A stretch of DNA of 64,000 bases from Camelus ferus. Its lineage: Eukaryota. Location of the stretch: the NCBI RefSeq assembly GCF_009834535.1, contig NC_045697.1, positions 71,550,001-71,614,000 of the forward strand. Reading direction: 5' to 3'. A program made the position numbers and the translations under genes. This document shows positions 51,235-63,444 of this stretch, piece by piece. The first letter of the stretch is position 1, and each line of letters begins with the position of its first letter. The notes under the pieces were generated by a model. That model searched no databases, had not been told where the DNA came from, and saw nothing but the letters and a program-made list of their open reading frames with translations.

Positions 51235-53089
51235 CAGGTGTATGTAAAAAACACCAGGTACTTTTTACCACTGTGAGTAAGTGAAATTAACCAACCTTCC
51301 TGGAGGAGAGATGAGTTATACCATATTTTGCTACCTTAATGCCTTTGGAAAACCCTTAATTTTGTTCCCCTGTTGTACTAGTTAGCGTAGAAAGTTAGAG
51401 TATAAGACCAATTCAGTTACACTTACTATATAATTTGAGTAATGTATATATTTGTGTGTGATTGTGTCAAGATTAATGTTCACATTATCCATTATGGCTA
51501 TAACTCATTTCTTTCTAATTTTCTGTTTTCTTTTGCACTTTGGTTACCAGTTAGTTGCATCGCACAGTCTTTTTCCATTACACACGCAAACCTGGGTAAG
51601 GGATGGGATCTTATTTAAAAAGAAGAAAATCTGTCATTTGAAGCTGTGCATATATAACAGGAAGGATTTGGAGTTATGGTCAGTATCGTTCTTTGGCAGT
51701 ATTAGTATAATTTGTTCGCACAGCAAAAACAATTATTGATTTCAATTATTAGTATATATTTTCTTCAAGCTTAAAGACTTGTTCACTATTTTGTAAGATA
51801 AATAAATAAGGCATCATTACGGAATCTGAAAGAACACTTTACGGTAAATTTCTAAGTTATTTTGTTCCTCCCATTGTAATATAAGCTGTCATTTATGTAG
51901 CTAGTCTTGAGATTTACATTTTAAATAATTTATTTGCAGACTTTAATTGCATCTTCAGTAGGAGTTTCCTTTTATCTTGATGATTTCCAGGAATGAACAT
52001 TTTGTGTTTCTGTATTTCAGGTTCATCTTTTATTATGTCATTTAACAACCTATGAAATTTGGCCAACATTAATGACAATAACCCTCCTTAAATGGGCAGA
52101 ATAGTGATTTAGGTTTGATTTAGTTCAAGTGTATAAAACAAAGTGCATTGCAAGGCAAGTGGGCTCCTCTTGAGAGATCATAGAGAACTATCATTGGGTC
52201 TACAAACTAGATGTCACTCAAGGACAAGCTACTTTCTAGAATAAGGATAATGAAAAGCCCTTTTATTAACTTTTGTACTTTTACTCAACACAGTTTCATA
52301 CAAAAATATTGGATGGTAACATAAAGACCAATTACTTTCTTCATAGCTGTGATAAGTTAATCAATGTGATCATCAGTAAAATAAGAGTAACAAGGCCAAC
52401 TCCATACAGTTTTATGAGTATTAAATGAAGTAATGCATGTTAAATGCTTAGGAACATACCTGGTACGTGGAAAGTCTCAGTAACTAATATTTGAGAAAAT
52501 TAAAGATTAAAAGCCTGAAATAATTTAATCCATAGAAAAGAAAGGGATGGCATTTAATGCCAGTCTTCAGGTTTCTGAAAATTGTCAAACAGGTTACTAA
52601 ATACCAGTCAAATATAAATTTTAAAGGAAGTGCAATTTCAGCACCAGGACAAATGGCCATAGTATAGTAAGAGAGAATTCCGGTCTAATTTTCTTGGGAA
52701 GTTTTGAGAGGGAGGTTATGATTGTCTCTAGAATTGATTTCCTGTGGTTGTCTTCCTATGGTAGTGTGATACCCAACTGTATGACTTGGGGGCACCCATT
52801 CTGTACTTTCATACATGTTCATAGCTTAATCTATAATTTTAGTGATTTAAGTTTTAGAATCAAGAAGGAAGTTCTGTAAGTTCTTCATAGACAACTGTAC
52901 TCTTGGAGTATGTTACATGGTCTGTTTCCTCTTTTCTCTTTAATAGGAAACCAGACTGCCAGTGAGCTTTCATAAACTCAAACATACTTGTGTTTAACCT
53001 GTAGGCTGCTTCACAGTGACTAATCTAGCTCATATCAGTACAAGAATCTATTTTAATCTTTTAAATATGTTATTGTACACTTTACTGTT

Positions 53090-53290
53090 AGAGGTTAAAA
53101 GCACAGACGGTAGGCTCAGATTGAGTGCACTGGAATCATAATTCTAATACCTATTCAGTTTTCCCATCTGTAAGATAAGACTAACATTAGTACCTTAATA
53201 GGGTAAAATTTGAGAATTAAGTGAAATGACATATGTACAACAATGAAGAGTCCTAGTTTATTTTAAGCAGTTGATAATTTACATTATTAT
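53090..53290 (+). mobile_element. MIR
   Basis: gaggttaaaagcacagac..tcagttttcccatctgtaagat..tgagaattaagtga. Confidence 0.55.
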
Positions 53291-54773
53291 TAGTTTTATT
53301 TTTACTCCAATTATTCTATAACTAAACCACACCTTACTCTGGCTACATATAATATAAAGAAAACTTTTTCTCTACTGTTCCTAAAACATAAAAAATGTTG
53401 AAAATATAACACCATGTCTGTGCTTGTTCATTAAGTATTTATTTAGCATTGAGGGTGGGTGAAATACTACATAGAGAATAGCAGATCTATGCTGATGATT
53501 CGTATACAACTTGTGTGTGATTCCTGTATGCTTTCTCCTGGATGTTTTTTCTCATTCTGTATATATGAATATATTTAAAAATTTTTGTTGACTATCTGTT
53601 CAAGAAATTGTGCTAGGCATTGTGTAAGAACCAATGGGTTGAAAGAGGAAGCATCTGTCCTTGGAGATACTATTTATATCATAAGAAAAGACATAGATAA
53701 TTCAATAAAAATACAGTAGCTCTCAAAATCATTATAGTGTTAATTGCCACATCAGTGGCGTGGAAAATACATGTTATATATCCAGAGGAAAAAAGATAAA
53801 CGTAGAATACAGGTGTTTTCGTGTTTTGTTCGTTGTACTCATGATAATACCTTACAAACTGATTTTTAAGAATGATTACTTTTCTTTATAAAATATTACA
53901 AGTTTACTACAAAAATATAAATGATTTGAAAGAGTAAGAAAAAGGAAGTCATACATCTCTCAAAAATTTATCTCTCATAAACATCTGTTGCTAACAATCA
54001 ATGGAATTACTGCATACTTTGAGTATCTGGGCAAGATTATTTTAAAATGAGAACATACTCTATGTACTATTTTTAAATATAATAACTTACTTTAAGTTAT
54101 TTTAAATTAATATAAAGTAAAATGGAAGGACATTAATTTTCAGATAAGAATTTATTTACTCAGAATACTTTCTAAGTTTAATGATGATACAAAAAAGTAG
54201 TAAAAGAATGGAGTCACTTATTTAAATTCAAGGTTCAAATTTAGGCATTATTAAAAGACTGAATTCTGTGAAGGATGATATTAGTAGTTTATACTTTCTC
54301 CTCCCCAAGTGCTCAGTTTTCCTATTCTATGATTACTTTTATTTCATCAAGATTTTTAACATTTGCATTTTGTGATGCCATCATAACCCTCTTGGTATTT
54401 AGTCTTTGATCTAGACATACATGTATTCGACTTACTGTGTGCTCTTGGTCCAAAGTGTGTACATTTCCATTTTGCTTACTTTGGTTCTTCTATTTGCTGG
54501 CTGGACTTTTCTTTGTTTAAATTTTGATCATAGTTACACTTCCATATTGAACAGTGATAAAACATCTGTAATGAAAACCAGCAGTCCTCTGCTCTTCCTC
54601 TTGCCAAATGCAATTCTCTTCCCCATAGGAACCTTAAGAATTACCATTCTTTCAATTTTTTTTGTTGTTCTAGTTGATATTTCTAAAAGATACATTTATA
54701 CTACTATTTCTTAATTTACTAATTATAACTATTATCTATTGGTTTTCTGTGAATAACCTAGGTAAGAATTGTC

Positions 54774-54785
<12 letters not shown>

Positions 54786-54805
<20 letters not shown>

Positions 54806-54890
54806 TTTTTTTGAGAGGAGGTATTGGGTATTGAACCCAGGACCTCTTGCATGCTAAGCATGTGTTCTACCACTTTGAGTTATACCCTCC
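54786..54890 (-). mobile_element. tRNA-Ala(AGC)-derived SINE (camelid Vic-1 type)
   Basis: The reverse complement reads GGAGGGTATAACTCAAAGTGGTAGAACACATGCTTAGCATGCAAGAGGTCCTGGGTTCAATACCCAATACCTCCTCTC plus a long A tail. It has A/B boxes and a CTTAGCATG anticodon loop. Candidate TSD core tcagtctct at 54772-54780 and 54900-54908. Confidence 0.85.
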
Positions 54891-54992
54891 TTCTGGATTT
54901 CAGTCTCTTGATCTGACACTTCCGTCATTCTCCAGGATATTTAAATCTCAACTTGCAGCTAAATTACTAGTCCTATTTTACATTATTATGAT

Positions 54993-55348
54993 TGTCTTAA
55001 TCTGTTTAGGCTGCTTCAATAGGATATCACAGACTTGGTAGCCTAAACACCAAACATTTATTTCTCACAGTTCTGGAACCTGGCAATCTGAAATCAGAGC
55101 GCCAGCAGGTGGAATTCTGGTGAGGTCCCTTTTCCGGGTTGCACACTACTGACACAGACTTCTTTCTGTGTCTTCACATATAGCAGGAGGGGCCAGGGAT
55201 CTCTCTGGAGCCTCTTTTATAAGGACATTAATTCCATTCGTGAGAGCTCCACCCTCATGACCTAGTCACCTCCCATCAGCCCACCTTGTAATACTGTTCA
55301 TATCAACATATGAATTTGGGGTAGGACATAAATCTTCAGTCCATAACA
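54993..55348 (-). mobile_element. MLT1A-type MaLR solo LTR
   Basis: TGTCTTAATC...TCAGTCCATAACA termini with a perfect 5-bp TSD atgat (54988-54992 / 55349-55353). Confidence 0.9.
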
Positions 55349-55689
55349 ATGATTATCTACACGTTTATACTATTGATCCAAAGAGTGTATAATGATCTTG
55401 CTTTCTTTTTTGTTTTTTCTGTAATTAATTTAACTTTCTTTTGCATTTTACATGTAAAAGTTTGTAATGTACCTATCTTTAATGTTTTTTTCAAAACTTC
55501 CTATCAGAACTGTCAAACTTCTATTAGCATTTTTCCTCAAATTTTCAAATACTTGTTATAATGTTTCAATTGCTTTATTAGTTTATTTTCCTTAGTGCTC
55601 CCTCCCCAAATTCTCCATCCATCTATTATAAGTCCCTGGGCCTCCTGAACATCTGCCACCCTGGAACATTCTTTTTTTCTTTTGATATT

Positions 55690-56050
55690 TTAATTTACCT
55701 TTTTATTGCAGTGTAACTTACACAATCTAAGATATACAGATGAATAGAATTTTATATATGTTTTCTTTGTATAACACTCAGATCAAGATATAGAATATGT
55801 TCAGCACCCCAGCAAGCTCCCCTTGATCTGCTTTCATTCCTTAATCTTGCCCCCAAATATTCTCATCTGTATCACTGTGGATCTTTTTTTCCTTCTGTTT
55901 TTGAACTTCATGTAGATACAATCATTCAGTATATACTCTTTTTCTTCTTTCACTCAACATCACATCTTTGGATTCATCCGTGTTGCATATAGCAATGATT
56001 CATTCTTTTTCATTGCTGTGTAATATTCTATAGTATGAATGTACTATAAA
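55690..56050 (-). mobile_element. Old L1M 3' fragment
   Basis: cactcagatcaagatatagaatat..ttttgaacttcat..ttcactcaacat..gattcatccgtgttgcat. Confidence 0.7.
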
Positions 56051-56059
56051 ATTATTATT

Positions 56060-57540
56060 GTAAGAAGTGTCTTATTATTCATTATAATCTGGCCTTGAAA
56101 CTGCTCTGAAGAAATCAATGACCAACCTAATATTTTTCTTTTCTTGGATGACTTGCTTTTCTTTCTTAGCTATATGAAGAAGTTTTATAATCATTAAACC
56201 AAGGGCAATTTAATCAGGATGTTTTCTCTGAGACTTTTTCTTGGAATGTGATTATGCCTCACTGATCCATAGAGTTGATTCCTTTTTCTTCTGTATTTTA
56301 AGTATTTTAAAATTTATATAGGAAATATTTTGATGTGTCTTTTGTTCTCTTTTACTTCAAGTTCTTGGATTATCTTTATAATTGAATATTTTCCTTTTTT
56401 TACTCTTATCCAGATACATCAGATTTTCACCAATTGCTTTAACTTTGTTCTCTCTTTTTGTATTTACTGTGAAAATATCAAGCTTTTCTTTGAGGCCAGA
56501 AATTAAAATATATCTATTTCTAGTCTAGTCATTGCTTTTTCTACTTTATTTATTAGTTGAGCAATGATATTGTTTGGGCTCTCAACCCGTCTCTTTATCT
56601 ACTTATTATACCTTTTCAAATTAGTCTTTTTATTAAAAAATTAGGTCAACTTGTCTTTGAACTCTGGTTTTATTTAACCTATGCTCTTTTTTTATACCAT
56701 GAAGGACTTTTATGGAGTTTTTCTTTCCTGCTTATAATTTCTACTAGTCTTTGCATGCTGTGTTACTTTCATTGTCATGATGACCATATTATTGTTGTTA
56801 ATACTATTTGCCATCATCTCTTTCCATAACTGTGAATTTGTATTGCTGATCCTTTCATCTTGCTGATGAATCTCTAAGTTCAGTTTCTATTCGCATAATA
56901 CTGTGTGGGTAAATTATTCTTTAAATTCCCCTCCCTATCTTATTTGCTACTTTAAATCCGCCCCCCCCTCCCCAAGCTATAGTTTGAGAAACAAAATCTG
57001 TATTCTAGTTAGTTTTTATGGCTTGAGAGAAAAGAGGAGGAGAAGGAAGATCTGTCAGTGTGACTCTCTGGTTGGAGGTCATGGGTCTGAGTCCCAGATG
57101 AGACCTTGTTGTCTGCAAGGCCCCTCTCCTCTGCCCAGGTATGTGCTTGAGTTCTTGTGCAATTTGACTGGCTTTCCTGTCTCAGCTTTGAGCCCTGGTT
57201 CATTTGGGAGGTTAAGCCTTTCCTGCTTTTGCAGACGCCCCCGATCACTTTCCAGTGGGGAAGACATTTATGACCACCCTGGTGGTTTTGGTGATTTATA
57301 AGTTTCTTCATCAGTACTAGTTCTAGGGTGGGAGATAGATTTAGGATTAGTGCTGCCTCCCTAGAACCTTCTGTTTATTTCTTCAGCATCAACTTTTTAG
57401 TTTATGACATGAGATAGTATCCCCTTTATTTGTTTTTTTGCTGTTGAATTATTCTCTTTTTTAAATGTTTACTTTGTTAGTTTTCTGGGCATGGGAATTC
57501 TATAATCTGTCTTGATGTACCCATCTTTAGCTGGAAGAAG
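56060..57540 (-). mobile_element. Degraded HAL1/L1M-like remnant
   Basis: T-rich tract ending in ccatctttagctggaag, the reverse complement of an L1M/HAL1-style 5' start (cttccagctaaagatgg). Approximate. Confidence 0.45.
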
Positions 57541-58001
57541 GATTTTTAAATCCTTTAATGTAATTTCTCTTAATTCTTCTTAGGATAACACGATTCATTA
57601 GGTAGGGCTTATTTTTTTTTTTTTAACTTCATTTCATAGGTGAAGAAACAGTGACTGAAAGGAATTAAGTGGCATAATCTAGGTAAAATTTTGTGGTTAC
57701 TGGCAAAGTCATGTCTGCCAACCCAACATCCCTAATCCCACAGAATATTCTTTCCATTCTGTCTCGAGGCCTCTCATTTATTTCTATTACACTTCCTAGA
57801 GCCACATTTGTGCAGTGAGTACAGCGTGAACTCTGCGCTGCATCTGAAGGATTACTTTAATCCCATAGGATTATGTTGGGGATAATGTGAATTATATTAT
57901 TGGTCTGTGGTATAAGCAAATTAATATATTCCTTAAAGAGTACATTTAATTCTTTGAGAAATAATAATATAACCTGCTATTAGCATGTCAGATATAAGAA
58001 A

Positions 58002-58029
58002 ACTAATACGTTAACTTTCTCTTTTCCAG
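58002..58029 (+). promoter_or_regulatory. Candidate branch point (ACTAAT) and polypyrimidine tract of the exon 2 acceptor
   Basis: ACTAAT at 58002-58007 (putative branch A at 58006, 24 nt before the exon), followed by TTAAC and ctttctcttttccag. Confidence 0.6.
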
Positions 58030-58428
58030 AAAACACAAAAGACATCATCATGGTATATGAAGAAGATGCTGAAGAATGGGCTTTGTACTTGAGGGAAGTT
58101 TTTTTATGTGTTGTGAAAAGGGAAGCCATCCTGTTACATCGCTTGGAGAATTATTCTCCTCCAGATTTGGAATTGCTGAATTTAAACTCTTACAAATGTA
58201 AACTTTTGATATTATCAAACAGCCTGCTTGAAAACCTGACTCCGACGAAGTGTCAGTTTCTGGAAAACATACTTCTTTCACCAGAAAGTGTGGTTACTCT
58301 GCTGTGTGGGGTGAAGAGTTCAGATCAGCTCTACAAATTATTAAATATCTCTGGAGGCAGATGGGAGATCTCAACTGAGCAGGAGCCTGAAGACTACATC
58401 TCTGTAATCGAGAGTGTCATATTCAGAG
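58030..58428 (+). CDS. BANK1: BANK1 exon 2, encoding the TIR domain (ENTKDIIMVYEEDAEEWALYL...PEDYISVIESVIFR)
   Basis: Acceptor ctttctcttttccAG ends at 58029. The open 399-nt exon matches recalled BANK1 residues ~24-156 (YEEDAEEWALYL, YKCKLLILSNSLL, VVTLLCGVKSSDQLY, WEISTEQEPEDYIS). Donor AG|GTAGTG at 58429. The junction codon is G+AA = Glu24. Confidence 0.96.
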
Positions 58429-59799
58429 GTAGTGTTGCCAAATCATCTTACTTGGTTTTTTTTTTTTTTTTTGAATTTATGAATATCCGATGTTAGGATT
58501 AGAAAAAAAGAAAAATGAAAGCCAACTTTATTTAATAGTATGTTACTCTTTCCTCAAAATGCATAGAGGTTATTAATGTTTAGCTATATTCCAATCAAGG
58601 CTTATTGATTATTCAAAAATGGTTTATAAGCATTTTCCTTGGGGTAGCTTGTATGAGATTATGCTTGGTAGAACAAGTATGGTATGCTAGGCTATATATC
58701 ACTTTGGTTCTGGAAGCTGATTTCTTAGTTAATTAGTGAGGCTTGAGTTAATATTGTCTGTCCTAGTATTGGTACCAGTCAGTAGTAGTCCAAGGTTTGA
58801 AGGTCTGGGTTAGAGTTGTAGAACTGAAATACTGTTACTTTTATTAACTTTAAATAACAGATTTAGTTTTAATCGTATAGGCATTTCATTAAAGGTTGGA
58901 ACCCAAGGACCCATCCATTAATTAATTACAGTTTCACGTAATATTCGAAACACTGAAGCTTAGTAGCGCTAAAGCTTCTCTCTCCCCCAGTGCTGCAGCC
59001 TTGGTGTGGGAGGGCTGCTGTGGTCAGCTGCTTTCCTGATTTTCTCAATTTATATTTTACTTTTAAGTTCCAGTGTTCCAGCTATGGTTTCTTCTCCTAC
59101 AGAGAAGTGGTAGGGTTCTTGCTTTCTATTGGCCATATCAGATATTAAGTGTAGGCTCTTTTCCTTGGAGCATATTTCTGGACTCCTTAGAAATCTCCTC
59201 ATTCCCTGGGGATATCTCATCTCAGTTCCCTACTGAGACACATGTTTCCCCTCCTCCAAGCTCCTAGCTGTGGTGGTCAGCCCCATATAGATTCTTACTT
59301 TTCTTTTCTATGGCTTCTTCATGTGTCTATCTTGATCAAAATCACTGAGAATCTCCCTGCCGGCCCTTTCTCCCACCTGGCCCACATCTGTCTGCAAAAT
59401 AATTCATTTTTCTTTTGCTCTGACAAACTCTGGGCACACAAGCCATTCCTAATATAGACACCATGGCCCTGCCCTCAGAGCAGCAGTGCACCACAGCCTC
59501 TTGCCTTTAGTCATTTCCAAACACGAGTCGAGCACGAATCTTGGTGTTCTGTAAAACCAGAGAGCACCTGTCAGTCCCAAAGGGTTTGCAGGAAGCCCTT
59601 GTCCCTATGCTTGAGGATGGTGATGTCCCTCAGGTATCCCTGGGCGGGTGATGGTGGGACTCACGGCACATCAACAGCTCTCTTTATATTTGAAGTCTAG
59701 TGACTTCGCCATAGTGTTTCCTTGTGCTGACTGTTCTGCACTGTTTTGCCCAGGGACATGGTTACTTTTTGTGTTTGTTTATTGCTTTTGTTCCTTTTT

Positions 59800-60880
59800 C
59801 TTTTTTGGGGGGAGGATCTTTTCCCCAAGATGTAGGTTCAAGTCTTCTTTTATTTCAGGAACAATTTCTTGACTTACATCTTTAAATATTCGCTCTATCT
59901 TGCTATTATTGTTTTCTTTTTCAGAGATTCCGTTTATATGTACGTTGGACTTATTTTGTCCATAATATACATTACAATTTCTCTCTCATTCTTTTTGATT
60001 CTTTATTAATATCCGTTACTTAGCTTGCATTTTTCATTTCAATCCTTGTTACTTTCTTATACTTTCAGTACTCTCCTCCTGTATTATTTCAAATTTCTTC
60101 ATGTTGCTTTTACTTTTTTTGTTTCTTTTACCATTTGAGCACTGGAAGCTTATAATTCATCTCTTGTTCTTATGTTGCTAACCTCTCCATGACACCTTGG
60201 ATTTCTGCACTGTGTAATTGCTTCAGAAAGGTAATTGCTATTCATTACATTTTTAAATTTCATGGAGAAATGTATGGTCACAATTTTCCACTTTTTTAAT
60301 GGCAGTATGTTTTTAGTATGTGATTCTTTATGTGCAATTCTCTCTCTCTCTCTCTCTCTCATAGTCTCTTTATACAGATCCTGTGCTGGTCCAATTTCTC
60401 TTTTTTATCACTGAACAAAGTGAGATTTTCTTGGCCTAGCCAATGGAGATAGGCAGTATGGGTTTTTTGTTCTGTTCTGTCTCCCTCACCACCCCCATGC
60501 CACCAACAATGAAAGACTTTATTTTTCTGTTTTCATAGATCTAGGCTGCTTTCTACAAATATATCTATTCTGTATAGTTCCCCCATTTAGCTTCATGTTT
60601 TCTGCTTTTTGGAACCAAACCACTTCCACAGATGATTCTGTCTGAAACCATTGTATCATGTCACGGCCTAGACTTAGAGGAAGCTCTTTGTCAGCTCTTT
60701 TTGAGATCTGATTTTGGAACCATTCTGTTGACCTGGAGGTCTAAGAATTCACCGTTTATTATTTTCAGTAAATAGGGCATTTGCATAACTTCCTCATTCT
60801 CTATGTTTTGGGATAATTTATAGGAATAAAAAAGGGGAAATGTTGACTCTACACTATAATTTTCAAACTGGCAGTCCTCA
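59800..60880 (-). mobile_element. Degraded HAL1/L1M-like remnant
   Basis: ttcaagtcttcttttatttcaggaacaatttcttg.. text, ending ataattttcaaactggcagtc. Approximate. Confidence 0.45.
60339..60360. repeat. (TC)11 microsatellite
   Basis: Read directly. Confidence 0.85.
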
Positions 60881-63444
60881 AGTTTCTAACAATCTCTGTT
60901 ATTTTTAATTTTATTTCTGTTTGGCATTCCCCAAGAACACAAAGTTTTTTTGGTTGAAAAGGAAAAATATTGGGAATTATGAAAAAATTACAATAAAATG
61001 CATATAAAGTACAAGTAATTTTATGTTAATTGTCTCCTGAGACAGAGGAACACTAAAAATTCATGGCAAAATTTTGAGTATTTCTCCACATCCATCATTT
61101 TTATGTCCTTGAAGAACTCAAATTGTTTTGGCCACTTAAATTATGATGTCACTATTGTGTAAAAATATTGAGGAAATGCCTTTTAGTTGTTTTGTTTTAT
61201 GATGAGTACCTTTGGGTGGCTATGTCAGTAGTTCTACTATATCTTCATATAATATTCCTATTGATATTTGATAGGAGATAAGCTTATGTCTTATGGACAA
61301 CATAGGACTATTTTGAAGACACTACTAGCTCTCATCTTCCTGCATTCAATTTTTAGATTCTAATTTCTTATAGTAACTTACATGCACCTACCAAGTAGAA
61401 AATATAACAATGCTGCATGGAAAAAGACATTCAAAGATGATAAATTTGTCTGAACTACAAGATGCAACCAGAATGTAGATCATGACCAATTTGCAAACCA
61501 TGCCTACAGTAATTTTTATGTATGGATTGTGTCCCTTGACAAAATTGGTATTAATTGCTGTGGTCAATGCAATAATAACTTGTTTTAATAAACAGCTTAA
61601 ATGTTCTGCTATGTTATTTTGTTTCATAGTACCATTTATGTTGAATACATGAAGTCTTTTTTTTTTTTTAATGGGAAAAATAGGATAAAAGATGTGGAAT
61701 TCAATTTTTACTGTACTTTTTCTACTTCCCTTCTATCCCGAAGAGAAATTATACAAGGAAAAAAGGAAATTTATTATTCAGGAACATTATATGATAAAGA
61801 GAATAATAAAAATGCCAGAAAAATCATGGAAATAATTGAATATTCTAGTATATTCATAAAAGAAAGACAAATCAGAGGAAATCTGATAAAATTTAATGAA
61901 AGAGAAAGATATTTTATAATTAATCAAAGCTCTAGAAAAAACTTTTCAATGTTAAAAAGGATGAAAAAGATACAGTAATTCATGTCTAATATGAGTATTT
62001 TATTTCCTTTTAAGTAATTAAGAAAGCCAAATCTCCTGTCTCCTTAATTCCCAAACTGGGAGGAATACAAGCCTGCATGTGTTTTCCACCTTTATGTGTG
62101 CAGTGTAATCAATTTGACCGTATGTCTTCCTTTTTCTGTCTTCTATTTATGTCTTTAATTTTGGATCTTCATTTTCTCCTTCTAGTCTTTTCACATGTAT
62201 AGATTTCGTAGAGCATTGTTTATATGTAATGCAAACTGTCTGATCTCAAATCTGTATATAATCAACTAACATTTATGAGTGTTACCACTGTGCATTTTGT
62301 TGCTTATAAATCCTCCCCTTAAAAATATGTGTACCAGTTTCAATGATCATGGCACATCTACTAGGTCTCCTGCCTCCCTTTCTCTTTCTTTTTATATATT
62401 TTGCCATTGGACCCTTTTAAGCACTCTGGTTTGCTCTCAACAGTTGCGTCAGCTCTCTTCAAGCTTTATTTTATCATAATTTATATTTATATGAAAATAG
62501 TAACATTCACATTTATTTCATATTTATCATACTTCTTTATTATCAAATTGTAGCTATAATGGCAGTAGGAAAGCTACTAATTCTTTCATTAAAACCTTAA
62601 CATTTACATTTTGTTTTTGTATTACCAAACCAAGGATTTCAAATTTTTAGCTTCATTAAACCTAAAATAAGAAGTCTTAAATTAAGAACAGCAATAGAAT
62701 AGTAGAGCTGTTGGAAAAACAAAACAAGAAAAATGACAACACAATGCATAGAAACAAACCGCACAGAAGCATTTGTTTTTCTACCTTCCATCTGAGCTAT
62801 ATAATGCTGTAAGAGCTCTGGTTTGCTGGTCAGTGAGGTCTCATGGCCTTTCAAATGAAGTCCATTCTTGTTACATGACCTTTCAACTCCAGCATAGATG
62901 TCCAGGCCATTTCTGTCATTACCATTAGTGTGGGCATGTGCTGTACACTAAGTTAATTGCATTACCTCCCATTGAACACAGTCTCCCGTTTCTTCCTTAA
63001 TATCATTGTTCTTATGCTGCCTCCTTTATGTGGAATACTTTTCCCCATGTTTTCAGTTGAAATCCCAGGCATCCTGCAAGGTCAGTTGAAAAGCTGCTCT
63101 ATCAATTAATTCATTTCAGATCCTTTCTGCTTGAAAATATTCTCATCTCTAGCTCTATGAAGTTTTTATTATTCTTTACTTATGTCTCATTATATTCTTC
63201 ATGATTATTTTTTGAGAATTTATTTTCTTCTCCTCATTACTTTCTGTTTCAAAAATGTAATGCTGGTAACTTTCTTTCTAAAATATTTCAGTATTATAAA
63301 CATCCAGAAAGAGAACAGAAGAGTACAAATTGTGTTTTTAAGTGCAGATTTATAGATGTTTATTGGTACAGTTGGGTTTTCACTTTATTAATAATGAAAA
63401 GGTTTACTGTGGTATTCTTGCCAAGACTACATAACCTGAAATTT

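Larger units (their letters stand above)
24401..58029 (+). other. BANK1: BANK1 intron 1 (33,629 nt, GT-AG)
   Basis: Bounded by GT at 24401 and AG at 58028-58029. Splicing preserves the reading frame between the two recognisable exons. Confidence 0.88.

Noticed and set aside
54813..54890. Functional tRNA-Ala gene
   Set aside because: The arms are degenerate, and a long poly(A) tail with a candidate TSD indicates a SINE.
58050..58496. 148-aa ORF as a stand-alone TIR gene (e.g. a bacterial Thoeris-like defence protein)
   Set aside because: It is BANK1 exon 2 plus intronic read-through, flanked by splice signals in mammalian repeat-rich DNA.
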